Shown here: piece after piece, positions 34,006-45,790 of the stretch
Layout of the letters: each line of letters starts with the position of its first letter
Position numbering within the stretch: the first letter of the stretch is position 1
NCBI RefSeq assembly: GCF_006345805.1
Contig: NC_043010.1
Coordinates: 13,578,001-13,642,000 of the forward strand
Length of the DNA: 64,000 nt
DNA from: Octopus sinensis
Lineage: Eukaryota
Reading direction: 5' to 3'
Notes under the pieces: generated by a model
Told to the model about the DNA's origin: nothing
Database searches by the model: none
What the model saw: the letters and a program-made list of their open reading frames with translations, nothing else
Position numbers and translations under genes: made by a program

Positions 34006-34226
34006 CCCATTCATTACTGTATTTATTTTGAGATGCTCTGTGTTTCTTCCAATTATTTTAAATATAACAAAGAATTTAATAAAATAACATTGTTATCATT
34101 AAGCTAGTGTTAGGAACATAAATTGTGACTTAGATTTGGTTGAAGATTTGAATTCAAAACTTATGAAAACAAGACATTTATACTAAAGAGCTAAAGCCGG
34201 TTTCAGCCGGGTTGGTAATGAAAGGG
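34006..34226. mobile_element. piggyBac-like MITE
   Basis: TTAA|CCC...GGG|TTAA; family of six copies in the window. Confidence 0.85.
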
Positions 34227-34998
34227 TTAAGCTAAAAACTTGTTGATTACATGAGAGATTGTGTTCTCCTTAAGTGATAAACTAAACACATTTCATGATT
34301 ATAGACATGTTACAAAACTACAGATACCAAGTCCCTATGTATAAAAGCTGTAATCTGACATATCACATCAATACCACAAATAGATCATAATTAGTGCTTT
34401 ATAAATCATTAATTACTTTGTTTTTGTTTGTTTATTTGTTGGGGTTTTTTTTTCTTTTTTTTTTCACTTTGTAAGAGTTTCATTCAAAATAATTTACCTG
34501 AGAAATTTACCTGTCTTCTTCTATGCTACTCACCCGCCGCCACCACTTGAAGTATATTTTAGTATATTTAAGTATATTTTCTCTAATGTAAAAAGCAAAC
34601 TATTTGATTTACTCTTTATATGTTAACGAGTTATTTTTTAAACCATTTTTTTAATTTGAAATAAATATCTTCTAAAAGATATAAACTCTGATATTTATAA
34701 TTTTATTTTATTTTTATTATCAATCAATTAATTAAAATAGCATAAACCTAAGTAAATATTTTACACACAAACATTATTCATTCATATATTTCAACCTAAC
34801 TCAATACTTTTATTTATTTACGTATTTATTCATAAAACTTGATATACAAACAATATTTGATTTGCGCAAGTTAACTATTTGTTCAATTAATTACTTTTTT
34901 AATGAAAAGTTGAAATATTCTGTCAGTGATTCATTAAGAAAAATGTTGCCACTTTAAACATAGCAACTTGTGAGATAAATAAATTATTTATATAAATC

Positions 34999-36342
34999 AT
35001 GTATTCTGTCCAATCAATGTACGGCAGCATGGGAAGTCAGTTCAATTTTGATTTCTGTCCTCCCACGATGGGCTCACCAAATAACCACCAGATTGGAAAA
35101 TACTCACTCACCCCTAATAATCATAACTTTTGCAACAAACGGACTTACAAAGGGGATAAACCCTACCGATGTGATATTTGTCGGAAAGGCTTCTGTCGAC
35201 GCAGCAACCTCAGTAACCATGAACGGTCTTCAGCATATGAAAAACACTTCTATTGTATGTATTGTAGGAAGGCCTTCTCTCAGCGTGCTCATCTGAAAAC
35301 CCACGAAATCACCCATACGGGGCTTAAACCTTATTCGTGTGAATTCTGCTCAAAAACATTTGCCCAACGTGCCAACTTTGATAACCACCGACGCACACAT
35401 ACAGGTGAACGGCCCTACCACTGCAGCTGGTGCTCAAAAGCTTTTGCTCAGTTGACAAACCTAAACAATCATGTACGGATTCATACTGGAGAACGGCCTT
35501 TTGTGTGTTCAATGTGTTCCAAGGCATTTAGCCAAGTTACAAACTTACGTAATCACGAACGTATCCACACAGGTGAAAAACCCTTCGTGTGCATATTTTG
35601 TGCAAAAGCATTCAGTCAAGTAACACACCTTCGAAATCATGAACGTGTTCACACTGGTGAAAAACCCTACACATGTTCCACTTGTTCTAAAGCTTTCAGT
35701 CAACGTGCTAATCTGGATAATCACAAACGTATTCATACCGGTGAAAAACCATTTGTCTGTTCAGTGTGTAAGAAATCCTTCTCACAAGTTACAAATTTAC
35801 GGAACCATGAACGCATCCATGCAGCATCAGGCAATGCCCCTTTGAACAAAAACAGCACCACCGCTAACAAAACCAACAATTACTACCCTGATGCAGATGG
35901 CAACAATAATAGTTACCGGAAACATTATAACAACCAACAATCTCAGCACCATCCCATAAAACACCATCCACAAATCCAGAATCCAAATTCATCGCCAGAT
36001 GTCCAGGCTAGCACGTCCCCTACTGATCTCAATGTTCGAAATATGCCCCAACAACAGCAACTCCCACCACCACCACCACTACCATCACTACCCCCTTCTT
36101 CTGCTACTGCCATTCGTCCCCAGCCAATAACCATCCCAAATTGGATGACTCCGCCCTCCTATGTACAACAAATCACTCCATCTTGGGAAAATAGTTACAA
36201 CTGGTCATCTCGAAATTTCCCAATTGCTTCATCCCGGTGGAATTCCAGTAGCTCACAAAACATTCCTAGTCTGCTGCCCTGTGGCATTGGCCAAACCAAC
36301 CATAGTATTGATTTAGATCCAAAACTGTATCAAAGAACCTAA
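34999..36342 (+). CDS. C2H2 zinc-finger protein, 447 aa: 7 canonical + 1 degenerate finger, Q/P/S/N-rich C-terminus, no KRAB/SCAN/BTB seen
   Basis: Uninterrupted ORF with tandem CxxC-x12-HxxxH and TGE(K/R)P linkers; upstream in-frame stops support this ATG; ATTAAA at 36404. Confidence 0.95.
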   Translation: MYSVQSMYGSMGSQFNFDFCPPTMGSPNNHQIGKYSLTPNNHNFCNKRTYKGDKPYRCDICRKGFCRRSNLSNHERSSAYEKHFYCMYCRKAFSQRAHLKTHEITHTGLKPYSCEFCSKTFAQRANFDNHRRTHTGERPYHCSWCSKAFAQLTNLNNHVRIHTGERPFVCSMCSKAFSQVTNLRNHERIHTGEKPFVCIFCAKAFSQVTHLRNHERVHTGEKPYTCSTCSKAFSQRANLDNHKRIHTGEKPFVCSVCKKSFSQVTNLRNHERIHAASGNAPLNKNSTTANKTNNYYPDADGNNNSYRKHYNNQQSQHHPIKHHPQIQNPNSSPDVQASTSPTDLNVRNMPQQQQLPPPPPLPSLPPSSATAIRPQPITIPNWMTPPSYVQQITPSWENSYNWSSRNFPIASSRWNSSSSQNIPSLLPCGIGQTNHSIDLDPKLYQRT

Positions 36343-36776
36343 GAAGTATAACCACTTTTGTGATTTGTAATGCTGGAATATTTATGTATTTAGATAGAAT
36401 TTTATTAAAATATGTATATTTTTACATGTTCTATTGAAACAGAGGCTTTTATACCAAATCTAATACAGATTCATCTATATATACACATAGATATATGCAT
36501 GGTTTCAGAACTTCAAAATAATCCTGTGTCATAAATCTGAGTTATATGTGTGATTGTATGTGTTTTATATGGATACATAATTATTTCAGTTAATATATGT
36601 TTGGCTGAACAACTGGAAAATCTGTTAACAAACAATCCAATATTCAAATTAGTTATCCCCAACGGTTTGTCTGTTAAGTAAAACAGAAGATCTTAACATA
36701 AGGGCTGTGTTAGTGTCCCTGTCAAGAGGAACAGGTTCAGATAAGCTTTTGAATGAAAAGAAAAAAAAGAAATTGT

Positions 36777-36945
36777 TAGGAGTAGGAGTGGCTGTGTGGT
36801 AAGTAGCTTGCTTACCAACCACATGGTTCCCGGTTCAGTCACACTGCGTGGCACGTTGGGCAAGTGTCTTCTACTATAGCCTCGGGCCGATCAAAGCCTT
36901 GTGAGTGGATTTGGTAGACGGAAACTGAAAGAAACCCATCATATA

Positions 36946-36996
<51 letters not shown>

Positions 36997-37215
36997 ATAT
37001 GCTTGTGTGTCTGTGTTTGTCCCCCCAACATCGCTTGACAACCGATGCTGGTGTGTTTACATCCCCGTCACTTAGCGGTTCGGCAAAAGAGACCAATAGA
37101 ATAAGTAACTAGGCTTACAAAGAATTAGTCCTGGGGGCGATCTGCTTGACTAAAGGCGGTGCTCCAGCATGGCCACAGTCAAATGACTGAAACAAGTAAA
37201 AGAGTAAAAGAGTAA
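36777..37215 (+). mobile_element. SINE family A
   Basis: Full-length. Confidence 0.95.
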
Positions 37216-37329
37216 AGACAAAGCTTTCTTAGATGATAACTACATTCCAACAAACACGTGCAAAAAAAAAATTAATAAATTATCGTTTAAAATATAATTG
37301 ACAATACTCAACAAGTAATTCTTTCTTAT

Positions 37330-37530
37330 CTTGACACAAGGCCAGCAATTCTGAGGAGAGCGGGGAAGTTAATTACATTGATTCCCTCCCCGCCCCAGTG
37401 CTCAACTGATACTTATTTTATTGATCCCTAAAAGATGAAAGGCAAAGTCCATCTTAGTGGCCTTGAAACATGGAACGCTGGTTAGCATTTTGCATTGCAC
37501 TGTACTGATTCCACCAGCATCCTGCCTTAC
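37330..37530 (-). mobile_element. Old SINE family B
   Basis: Diverged AAAAGATGAAAGGCAAAGTC body. Confidence 0.7.
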
Positions 37531-37536
37531 TCTTAA

Positions 37537-37919
37537 TCTTTATATATAAAAGAGAAGTCGTGTGTCTGTCTCCTACGATTTAGATTCCTAACTACTCCCA
37601 CATTTTGCGGTGCAGTTTATCTTATAGTCGTGATTCATATCGAGCCCTTCTGGGTATTAGCGCATGTCTACGATGAGTCTACGATTTAAAAAAAAATTTA
37701 CCATCATTTTTTTCCATTTTAATGCATTTTTTCGCTATTATATAAGGGAAGTAACTCTCTAAAAATGTCTACGATAAGTCAACGATTTTTAAAAAAAATT
37801 TACCATCATTTTTTCCATTTTTAATGCATTTTTTTGCTATTTTTTGGCTATAACTCTCTAAAAATGCTTATATAGTTATTTCCCTCACAAACCCGAGCAA
37901 CGCCAGGTGATACTGCTAG
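37537..37919 (+). mobile_element. Non-autonomous Helitron
   Basis: A|TC...CTAG|T with subterminal hairpin. Confidence 0.9.
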
Positions 37920-38084
37920 TAAACAATGAAGCAAAATAAGATCATAGACCTAATACCAAATTTTTTAATCTTAATACAATTAAATCCATGAATTAATGCA
38001 ATGTAAAAACTTCCAAGAGAGGAATCGATTTTATGCCAAATGTTAGCCAATCAGATAAAAAGAAATTGTTGTGTTTCAGGATTA

Positions 38085-38505
38085 CTCTCTTTACTCTTTT
38101 ACTTGTTTCAGTCATTTGACTGTGGGCCATGCTGGAGCACCGCCTTTAATCGAGCAAATCGACCACAGGACTTATTCTTTGAAAGCCTAGTACTTATTCT
38201 ATCGATCTCTTTTGCCGAACCACTAAGTGACGGGGACGTAAACACACCAGCATCGGTTGTCAAGCGATGTTGGTTGTGGGGGGGACAAATACAGACACAC
38301 AAACATATACACACACACATACATATATATGTATACCTATATACAACAGGCTTCTTTCAGTTTCCGTCTACAAAATCCACTCACAAGGCTTTGGTCGGCC
38401 CGAGGCTATAATAGAAGACACTTGCCCAAGGTGCCACGCGGTGGGACTGAACCTGGAACCATGTGGTTAGTAAGCAAGCTACTTACCACACAGCCACTCC
38501 TATGC
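38085..38505 (-). mobile_element. SINE family A
   Basis: Full-length. Confidence 0.95.
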
Positions 38506-38747
38506 CTGGTCATTTTTTTTTTCCTTTTGCCAAATAAATAAATGCACTATATATTCATTCTTCACAACAGATTTATTTTATTATTGTTCTTATTTTATGT
38601 CCTCTATATATATATAAATCTGAAGTGAAGCATGAATAAATGGCAGTGCCCCAGCATGGCCACAGCTTGTGAGCTGAAACTAGATAAAAATAAAAAATAT
38701 AAAATAAAATGCACTGTGTGTGTGTCTTTTTTTTGTTTTTTTTTGGC

Positions 38748-39815
38748 AAAAATTAGAAATATTAAATTTCTAAATATCTCAGAGAAACATGAGCGGTGGT
38801 GGAACGATAGAGCGGTTGTATACAGTCAACTTAATGTGACAGTCCCATAAAGGGAATCACACCACCACTATTTAGCCCTAGGAAGCATCGACGCTTCCTG
38901 TCGGCTTTGACACATTTCCTATGTCCTTATATTTACGAAAATATATATATTTAAAGGCGGCGAGCTAGCAGAATCGTTAGCACGCCGGGCGAAATGCGTA
39001 GCCGTATTTCGTCTGCCGTTACGTTCTGAGTTCAAATTCCGCCGAGGTCGACTTTGCCTTTCATCCTTTCTGGGTCGATAAATAAAGTACCAGTTTCGCA
39101 CTGGGGTCTATGTAATCGACTTAATCCCTTTGTCTGTCCTTGTTTGTCCCGTCTATGTTTAGCCCCTTGCGGGTAGTAAAGAAATATATATATATTTTCA
39201 GGAAAATATATATATTTGCGAAGCCTAGACAGGTATCTTCAGCTAGCAGGCCATGCTACACCAGACTGATGATGAGCAAGACTCTGAAACATGCATGTCT
39301 CTGGATGCTGGCCTAGCTTTTGGGGGTGCTTGTCTCCCCTTAGCAAATATAAGGACAGAGGAAATGTCTCAAAGCCAACAGGAAGCGTCGATGCGTCCTA
39401 GGGCTAAATAGCGGTGGTGTGATTCCCTTTACGGGACTGTCACATTAAGTTGACTGTATACAACCGCTCTATCGCCCCACCACCGCTCATATCTCTTTGA
39501 GATATTTAGAAATTTAATATTTCTAATTTTGGTGATCAGTGAATAGATTTCACCGAAAATATATATATTTGCGGAGGCTTGGCAAACACCTCAACTAGCA
39601 GGACTTGCTACCCTAGACTGATGACGAGCAAGACTCAAAAACATGCATGTCTCTAGATGCAGGCCTAGCTTTTGGGGGTGCTTGTCTCCCCTTAGCAAAT
39701 ATAAGGACACAGGAAATGTGTCAAAGCCAACAGGAAGCGTCGATGCTTCCTAGGGCTAAATAGCAGTGGTGTGATTCCCTTTACGGGACTGTCACATTAA
39801 GTTGACAGTATACAA
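38748..39815 (+). mobile_element. Retrozyme/Penelope-like array: inverted partial unit + two ~352-nt tandem units, each with a hammerhead fold
   Basis: Hammerhead folds at 39261-39304 and 39613-39656; inverted copy 38748-38934. Confidence 0.7.
38953..39201 (+). mobile_element. SINE family B nested in the array
   Basis: 16-bp TSD GAAAATATATATATTT (38937-38952, 39202-39217). Confidence 0.95.
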
Positions 39816-40292
39816 TGAAAAAATTGCTATCTTGAAATATAAGAATATCTTTTTCAACACACGATTTCATATCAGGAATCTGGCAAAACAAGATGAAAAC
39901 AATCCTTCTATAAGCAAAACTATTACTTATCAATATGTAATTTTTGTTGTTGTTGATGTTGTTGTTATTCCTGGAATTAAAATCAATATTGGGTTAATCT
40001 ATATGTGTAGACATAGCCTGTATGAAATTTGGGATTGGGATGCAGAAAGTGTGTCGGAGGCCTATTGTGTGTGTGTGTGTGTGTGTGTGTGTGAGAGAAA
40101 GAGACAGAGACAGAGAGGAGAGAGAGAGAGGGAGAGAAAGAGAGTATCAGGCAGTGAGAATGAGTACACAACTCTGCACTTGGGTGGGTGTATAATCTTT
40201 GTGGATTAACAGTGCTACCAATGGCAAAAATTCCAATATTCTTTAAGAGTTCCACATAAGAATGATGGCAATTACATCTATTTTAAATGGAA

Positions 40293-40327
<35 letters not shown>

Positions 40328-40752
40328 ATCGCTTTATGCCAATGATATAAAACTTATCCATTTGATAAATAAATCCTGATAAAATAAGTACCTGACCAAA
40401 ATGAGTCCATGGATTGACAATATGATTGGTTAAAGCACTTGAAAGGGGTACCCCCAGCAAAGCAGCAATCCAGTGATTGGAACCAGTAAAAGGGTCATAC
40501 GTTATCCATTATGAAAGTTCATTTGCTTTTAGTATTGTAATATTTGATCTGAAGATACATACACGAGTAGTAATTTTATTTTCTTAATATAGAAATTGTG
40601 ATACCCTCTCCTATTATATAGTATCCATGCTACCTATTGTACTATGTGACTGATTCAACATTGCATTGGTCAACAGATTTTCCAGTAATACTATTTCATC
40701 AAACATATGTTTACAACTATTTTCATAAGTTTGTATGTTCATGAAATATATA

Positions 40753-41038
40753 TATATTATATTAAATTAGAGATAAAACCACTATTAGGCAAATCAAACA
40801 GTGAAAAACATAAGCCAATACATAAAATTAATTAAAAAATAAAAAACTATTTAAATAATTTAAACTTATAAATTTTATATATATATACAAATATATATAT
40901 ATGTATGTATGTATATTTTTATATTTATATATTTTATTTATTAATTAATTTTTTTTTTAAATATCAAAAGTATTAAAAGTTTAATAAAAGATAAAGATTT
41001 GCCTAATAGTGGTTTTATCTCTAATTTAATATAATATA
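40753..41038. repeat. 43-bp perfect inverted arms around an AT-rich spacer
   Basis: TATATTATATTAAATTAGAGATAAAACCACTATTAGGCAAATC and its reverse complement. Confidence 0.85.
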
Positions 41039-41154
41039 ATATAATATAATATATTTATACTATAAAATTGGATTTAATCCTAAATCTAATTTTTCCCTGT
41101 AAGTTTGGATTTATTCCCTAATATTATTATTATATATATATATATATATATATA

Positions 41155-41281
41155 CAGAGTGTCCTCAAAGTCTGGGCACATGGGGATTAACGCATACTTT
41201 AAGAAATTATTATTTCTTATATCTAATTCCTTATGTTATGATTTTATTTACTCCATGTACCCAGACTTTGTGGACACCCTG
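41155..41281. mobile_element. Tc1/mariner MITE
   Basis: TA|CAGAGTGTCCTCAAAGTCTGGG..CCCAGACTTTGTGGACACCCTG|TA. Confidence 0.9.
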
Positions 41282-41300
41282 TATAATATTATATTCTTTC

Positions 41301-41606
41301 TTTACGCCCTTTTCAAGCCTAGCCAGGCTCATGGGCCCGGTTTCTGTGGCGCATGTGTTCTCCCCAGCTGGACGGGACACCAGTCCATCACAGCATTACT
41401 CAAGAAACAGGAAGAGAGAGTGAGAGAAATTTGTCGTGAAAGAGTACAACAGGAGTTGCCACCACCACCATCCCCCTGCCGGAGCCTCGTGGAACTTTTA
41501 GGTATTTTTAGCTCAATAAACACATGCAACACCTGGTCTGGGAATCGAAACCACGATCCTCCAACCGTGAGTCCACTGCCCTAACCACTGGGCCAGTGCA
41601 CCTCCA
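41301..41606 (-). mobile_element. SINE family D
   Basis: tRNA head; tail ending GGCTTGAAAAGGGCGTAAA. Confidence 0.85.
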
Positions 41607-42320
41607 CGATATTATATTATAACATATTATATATTGTATTTCATGAACATATCTAATAACTGATATATATATATATATGAATTAAAAATGAACTAGAAAT
41701 GATTTAGAATGGCTAGTGGAATGTAGTTGAACTACAAAAATGAATTAAGGTATTGATACCAATTACTGCCAAGTAATTGGTCTATTCTGTCTGGAAGTAG
41801 AGAGTTTTCAATAAATCATTATTTTGTATGTTATTTATAATATCTTTATTCATCTTTGTTGTTCAAATACATTCCACTTGTTACTCTGAGTTATTTCTTT
41901 AAATTTTAGGGGTTTTTTTGTAACGTGTATGCAGATTATTAGGCCATAAATGTGTTCTACCTTTTTTCTTTTTTAATATGTTTAAGTGTCTTGTCTGCTG
42001 AAGATAAAGCAGGACAGTTACTGTGCTGATGACACCTATTGAGGTAGAAACACATACCCACAGTTGTGGACATGTTACTACCTCAGTAGTTGTGAACAGT
42101 TGTTCTCTTGTCTTCAAGACAATCTGATTGGCCTTTCCTTCAATGCCTGTCGATTTTTAGAGAATTCTTGATTCTTGTAATTATCTCCCTTCTTCGTTTG
42201 GAATTGATAACAATTACCACCAAAGGATTTGTTTACCCACTCCAGAAGCAGAGATCATTTTAAGTAATTGAAAATTTATTCTATATTTCTACTATATCCT
42301 TATTCATCTTTGTTTTATGA

Positions 42321-42351
<31 letters not shown>

Positions 42352-42750
42352 AAATCTTGTGTTTATATGTATAAATACTTGTACATATATTTATGCATAA
42401 TTTTGTGTTTATATACGTGTGTGTATACATGCCTATTTATACATCTACATGCTTGTATATATATATATATATACATACATATATATGCAATTGTGTGTGT
42501 GTGTGTGTGTGTAGATTGCTTGAGGTGGTGTACAGATTTTATATATTTAGATTAAGGAGGTAGTCAGAATTTCGGATAATTATTTATTTAGCACTTTCAT
42601 CTCGTTTCAGAGAATCAACAGAAATGATTTCTGATAGATTCTCCAAAATGAAATGAAATAGCTAAATAAATAATTATCCAAAATTCTAACTGCCTCCTTT
42701 TCCTTATTATATATATATATATATATACATACACACATATACACACATAC

Positions 42751-42795
<45 letters not shown>

Positions 42796-43334
42796 ACATA
42801 TATATATACATCAAAACATGAGATTATGTTTTTATATATATACAAGACAACTGCAATGTCAATGTAACTTAATTTCTGTGAAACCAGAAAACAGAAATCT
42901 AAAAATATTTAAAGAGGAAGAAAGAATGAATAATGGAAAGCCTTTTCTCTCTTTTCTTTTCGTTTCTTTCCTCAAACTTTCTTCAATAACATCTGGTGTT
43001 CTTTACATGTGTTCTGTTTGCCTTATTTAAACTGTATGTATTCCTTCCAATTCTTGTACATAGAGAAAATCTGTTTCTCTATTCTATTCGCCAACTTCTC
43101 TTCCATACACACTGATGTAATTCTAAACATCATGTTACCAATTTGAAATAGAACTAAATAATCTTCAAACATTTATTTGCTACTAAAAGATAAGTTATGT
43201 TCCATTTTTTCTCCAAAAATTTTTTTTTAAAGTTACACATAATGGTGGCATAAACTTCCTTATTTTTATGCTTCGTTGAGGTTATTTTTCTTAATATTTT
43301 GTTTTAAGTTCTATTCTACAGATTTTAGTTGTGT

Positions 43335-43629
43335 TCCTTCTCGATCCATGTCTGGCTCATAAGGGCCGGTTTCCCAGTTTCCTTGGCGTATAAGTTCCCC
43401 ACCTGGACGGGACGCCAGTCCGTCGCAGGTGAGCTGCAAGATGCAGGAGGAAAGAGTGAGAGAAAGTTGTGGTGAAAGAGTCAGCAGAAGTTCACCGTTA
43501 TCTTCTGCTGGAGCCGCGTGGAGCTTAGGTGTTTCGCTCATAAACACTCACATTACCTGGTCTAAGATTCGAACCCACGATCCCTCGATCGCGAGTTCGC
43601 TGCTCTAACCACTAGGCCATGTGCCTCCA
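43335..43629 (-). mobile_element. SINE family D
   Basis: tRNA head; CCTGCGACGGACTGGCGTCCCGTCCAGG tail. Confidence 0.85.
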
Positions 43630-43984
43630 CATGTTATCTCATATATTCCAATGGCAAGCTGACAGTCTTCAGCAAATAATATTGATATTAATTTTTGTTT
43701 GACATATGTGTGATAAACAATACCAGAATTCCAAGGAGTTCTATAGAATTTTCTCTATGGATGTCTGATTAAAATCTTAGTTGGTTTAAGTAACCTAATC
43801 TTAACTTATACAGTTTTTCTATTGTGAACTGTATTCTTCCTGCTATTTTTGGAAAGAAAGTAAATTCTTCTTTATGACTTGAAAATCATTTAAATTCAGA
43901 TGCTAAGATAATAAAAGAAAGTTTTACTAAGTAAAATCATATTTCACTTTAATCCCTTTGCTATACCTCTCTCATTTTTCTTTT

Positions 43985-44415
43985 TTTCTCTCTTTTACTT
44001 GTTTTAGTGATTTGACTGCAGCCATGCTGGAGCACCGCCTTTAGTCAAGCAAATCGAACCCGGGACTTATTCTTTGTAAGCCTAGTACTTAGTCTATCGG
44101 TCTCTTTTGCCGAACCACTAAGTTACGGGGACGTAAACACACCAGCATCGGTTGTCAAGTGATGTTGGGGGGACAAACAGACACACATACACACACACAA
44201 ACACATACACACACACATACACATATATATATATATATATATACATATATACGACGGGCTTCTTTCAGTTTCCGGTCTACCAAATCCACTCACAAGGATT
44301 CGGTCGGCTCGAGGCTATAGTAGAAGACACTTGCCCAAGGTGCCACGCAGTGGGACTGAACCCGGAACCATGTGGTTGGTAAGCAAGCTACTTACCACAC
44401 AGCCATTCCTGCGCC
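43985..44415 (-). mobile_element. SINE family A
   Basis: Full-length. Confidence 0.95.
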
Positions 44416-44713
44416 TGTACATATCAAAGTATTCTTTCACTCTGTTATAGCATTTGCTTGAGCAGTCATAGAAGTCAAGCATGGATCCATGGTCCATCCC
44501 TGATTATGATATTCTTAAGTTCAAATACATTAGTTCTAGATTCTTCTTTGACGATTTGGTGCAATGCTTCTTATTTTTCAAGAGTTGGTATCATAGACAT
44601 CTAGCAACCATAAACAGTGTTGTCACGTTCAAACAAATTCTCATACAGAACAGATTAACCGATAATCTATGATTTTCTTCTATTTATTTATTGTAATATT
44701 TATTTTGTCCGTT

Positions 44714-44920
44714 AAGGCAGCAAGCTGGCAGAGTCATTAGCATGCTTAGCAGCATTTTGTCCATCTTTACATTCTGAGTTCAAATTCCACTGAGGTCAAC
44801 TTTTGTTTTTTCACTCTTTCAATAAAATAATCACCTGTTGAACACTGGGAGTTGAATGCAATTGACTTACCCCTACACCGGAATTGCTAGCCTTGTGCCA
44901 AAATTTGAAACCAATATTTG
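44714..44920 (+). mobile_element. Old SINE family B
   Basis: TAAGGCAGCAAGCTGGCAGA head, CTTGTGCCAAAATTTGAAA tail. Confidence 0.7.
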
Positions 44921-45084
44921 TATTGTTTGCGTGGTAAGCAAACAAAAGATCAAACTGTAAATATATATATATTTACATTTTGCTTTATGAACGGAGAATA
45001 TTCTGTACACATACATAAAGTGAAAATTTAACTGAACCACAGCAAATCCCTGAGGAAGTCTTTATTTCTGACCCTCTGTCTTCA

Positions 45085-45490
45085 ACTCTTTACTCTTACT
45101 CTTTTACTTGTTTCAGTCATTTGACTGTGGCCATGCTGGAGCACTGCCTTTAGTCGAGCAAATCGACCCCAGGACTTATTCTTTGTAAGCCTAGTACTTA
45201 TCCTATCGGTCTCTTTTGCCGAACCGCTAAGTGACGGGGATGTAAACACACCACCATCGGTCATCAAGCGGTGTTGGGGGGACAAACACAAACACACATA
45301 CATATATATATATATATACATATATACGACGGGCTTCCTTCAGTTTCCGTCTACCAAATCCACTCACAAGGCTTTGGTTGGTCCGTGGCTATAGCAGAAG
45401 ACACTTGCCCAAGATGCCACGCAGTGGGACTGAACCCGGAACCATGTGGTTGGGAAGCAAGCTACTTACCACACAGCCACTCCTATGCCT
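45085..45490 (-). mobile_element. SINE family A
   Basis: Full-length. Confidence 0.95.
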
Positions 45491-45790
45491 ATCACAACTC
45501 TTCATTGTGATTTTTTTTGTTTTTTTTGTGAGATTTTTTTTTAATAGTCAAAGGAGGATAATCAATAGCAATAGCCATGTTGTAGAGCCTTCAAGAATAG
45601 CAGAAAGAAATGGGTCATCCTGAAGCTAGACATCTGTCAGAGTGCTTATAACAGAGTGAATCCTATTAAAGGTAGCCAAGGGCCTAGTGAGGTGTTCAAC
45701 CACACGAGTATACTGAGTTCTGGTCAACGACACAACCACACTGCATTCTTGGCCTCATCAGTGATAGCTGGCTATTTATGAAGTTATGTA

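Noticed and set aside
33109-34087. 106-aa and 109-aa ORFs upstream of the ZNF gene
   Set aside because: AT-rich composition, no domain, the second runs into a MITE
45700-45765. Minus-strand CUGAUGAGGCC hammerhead-like start
   Set aside because: Followed by AGAA not GAAA, with no stem I/III partner
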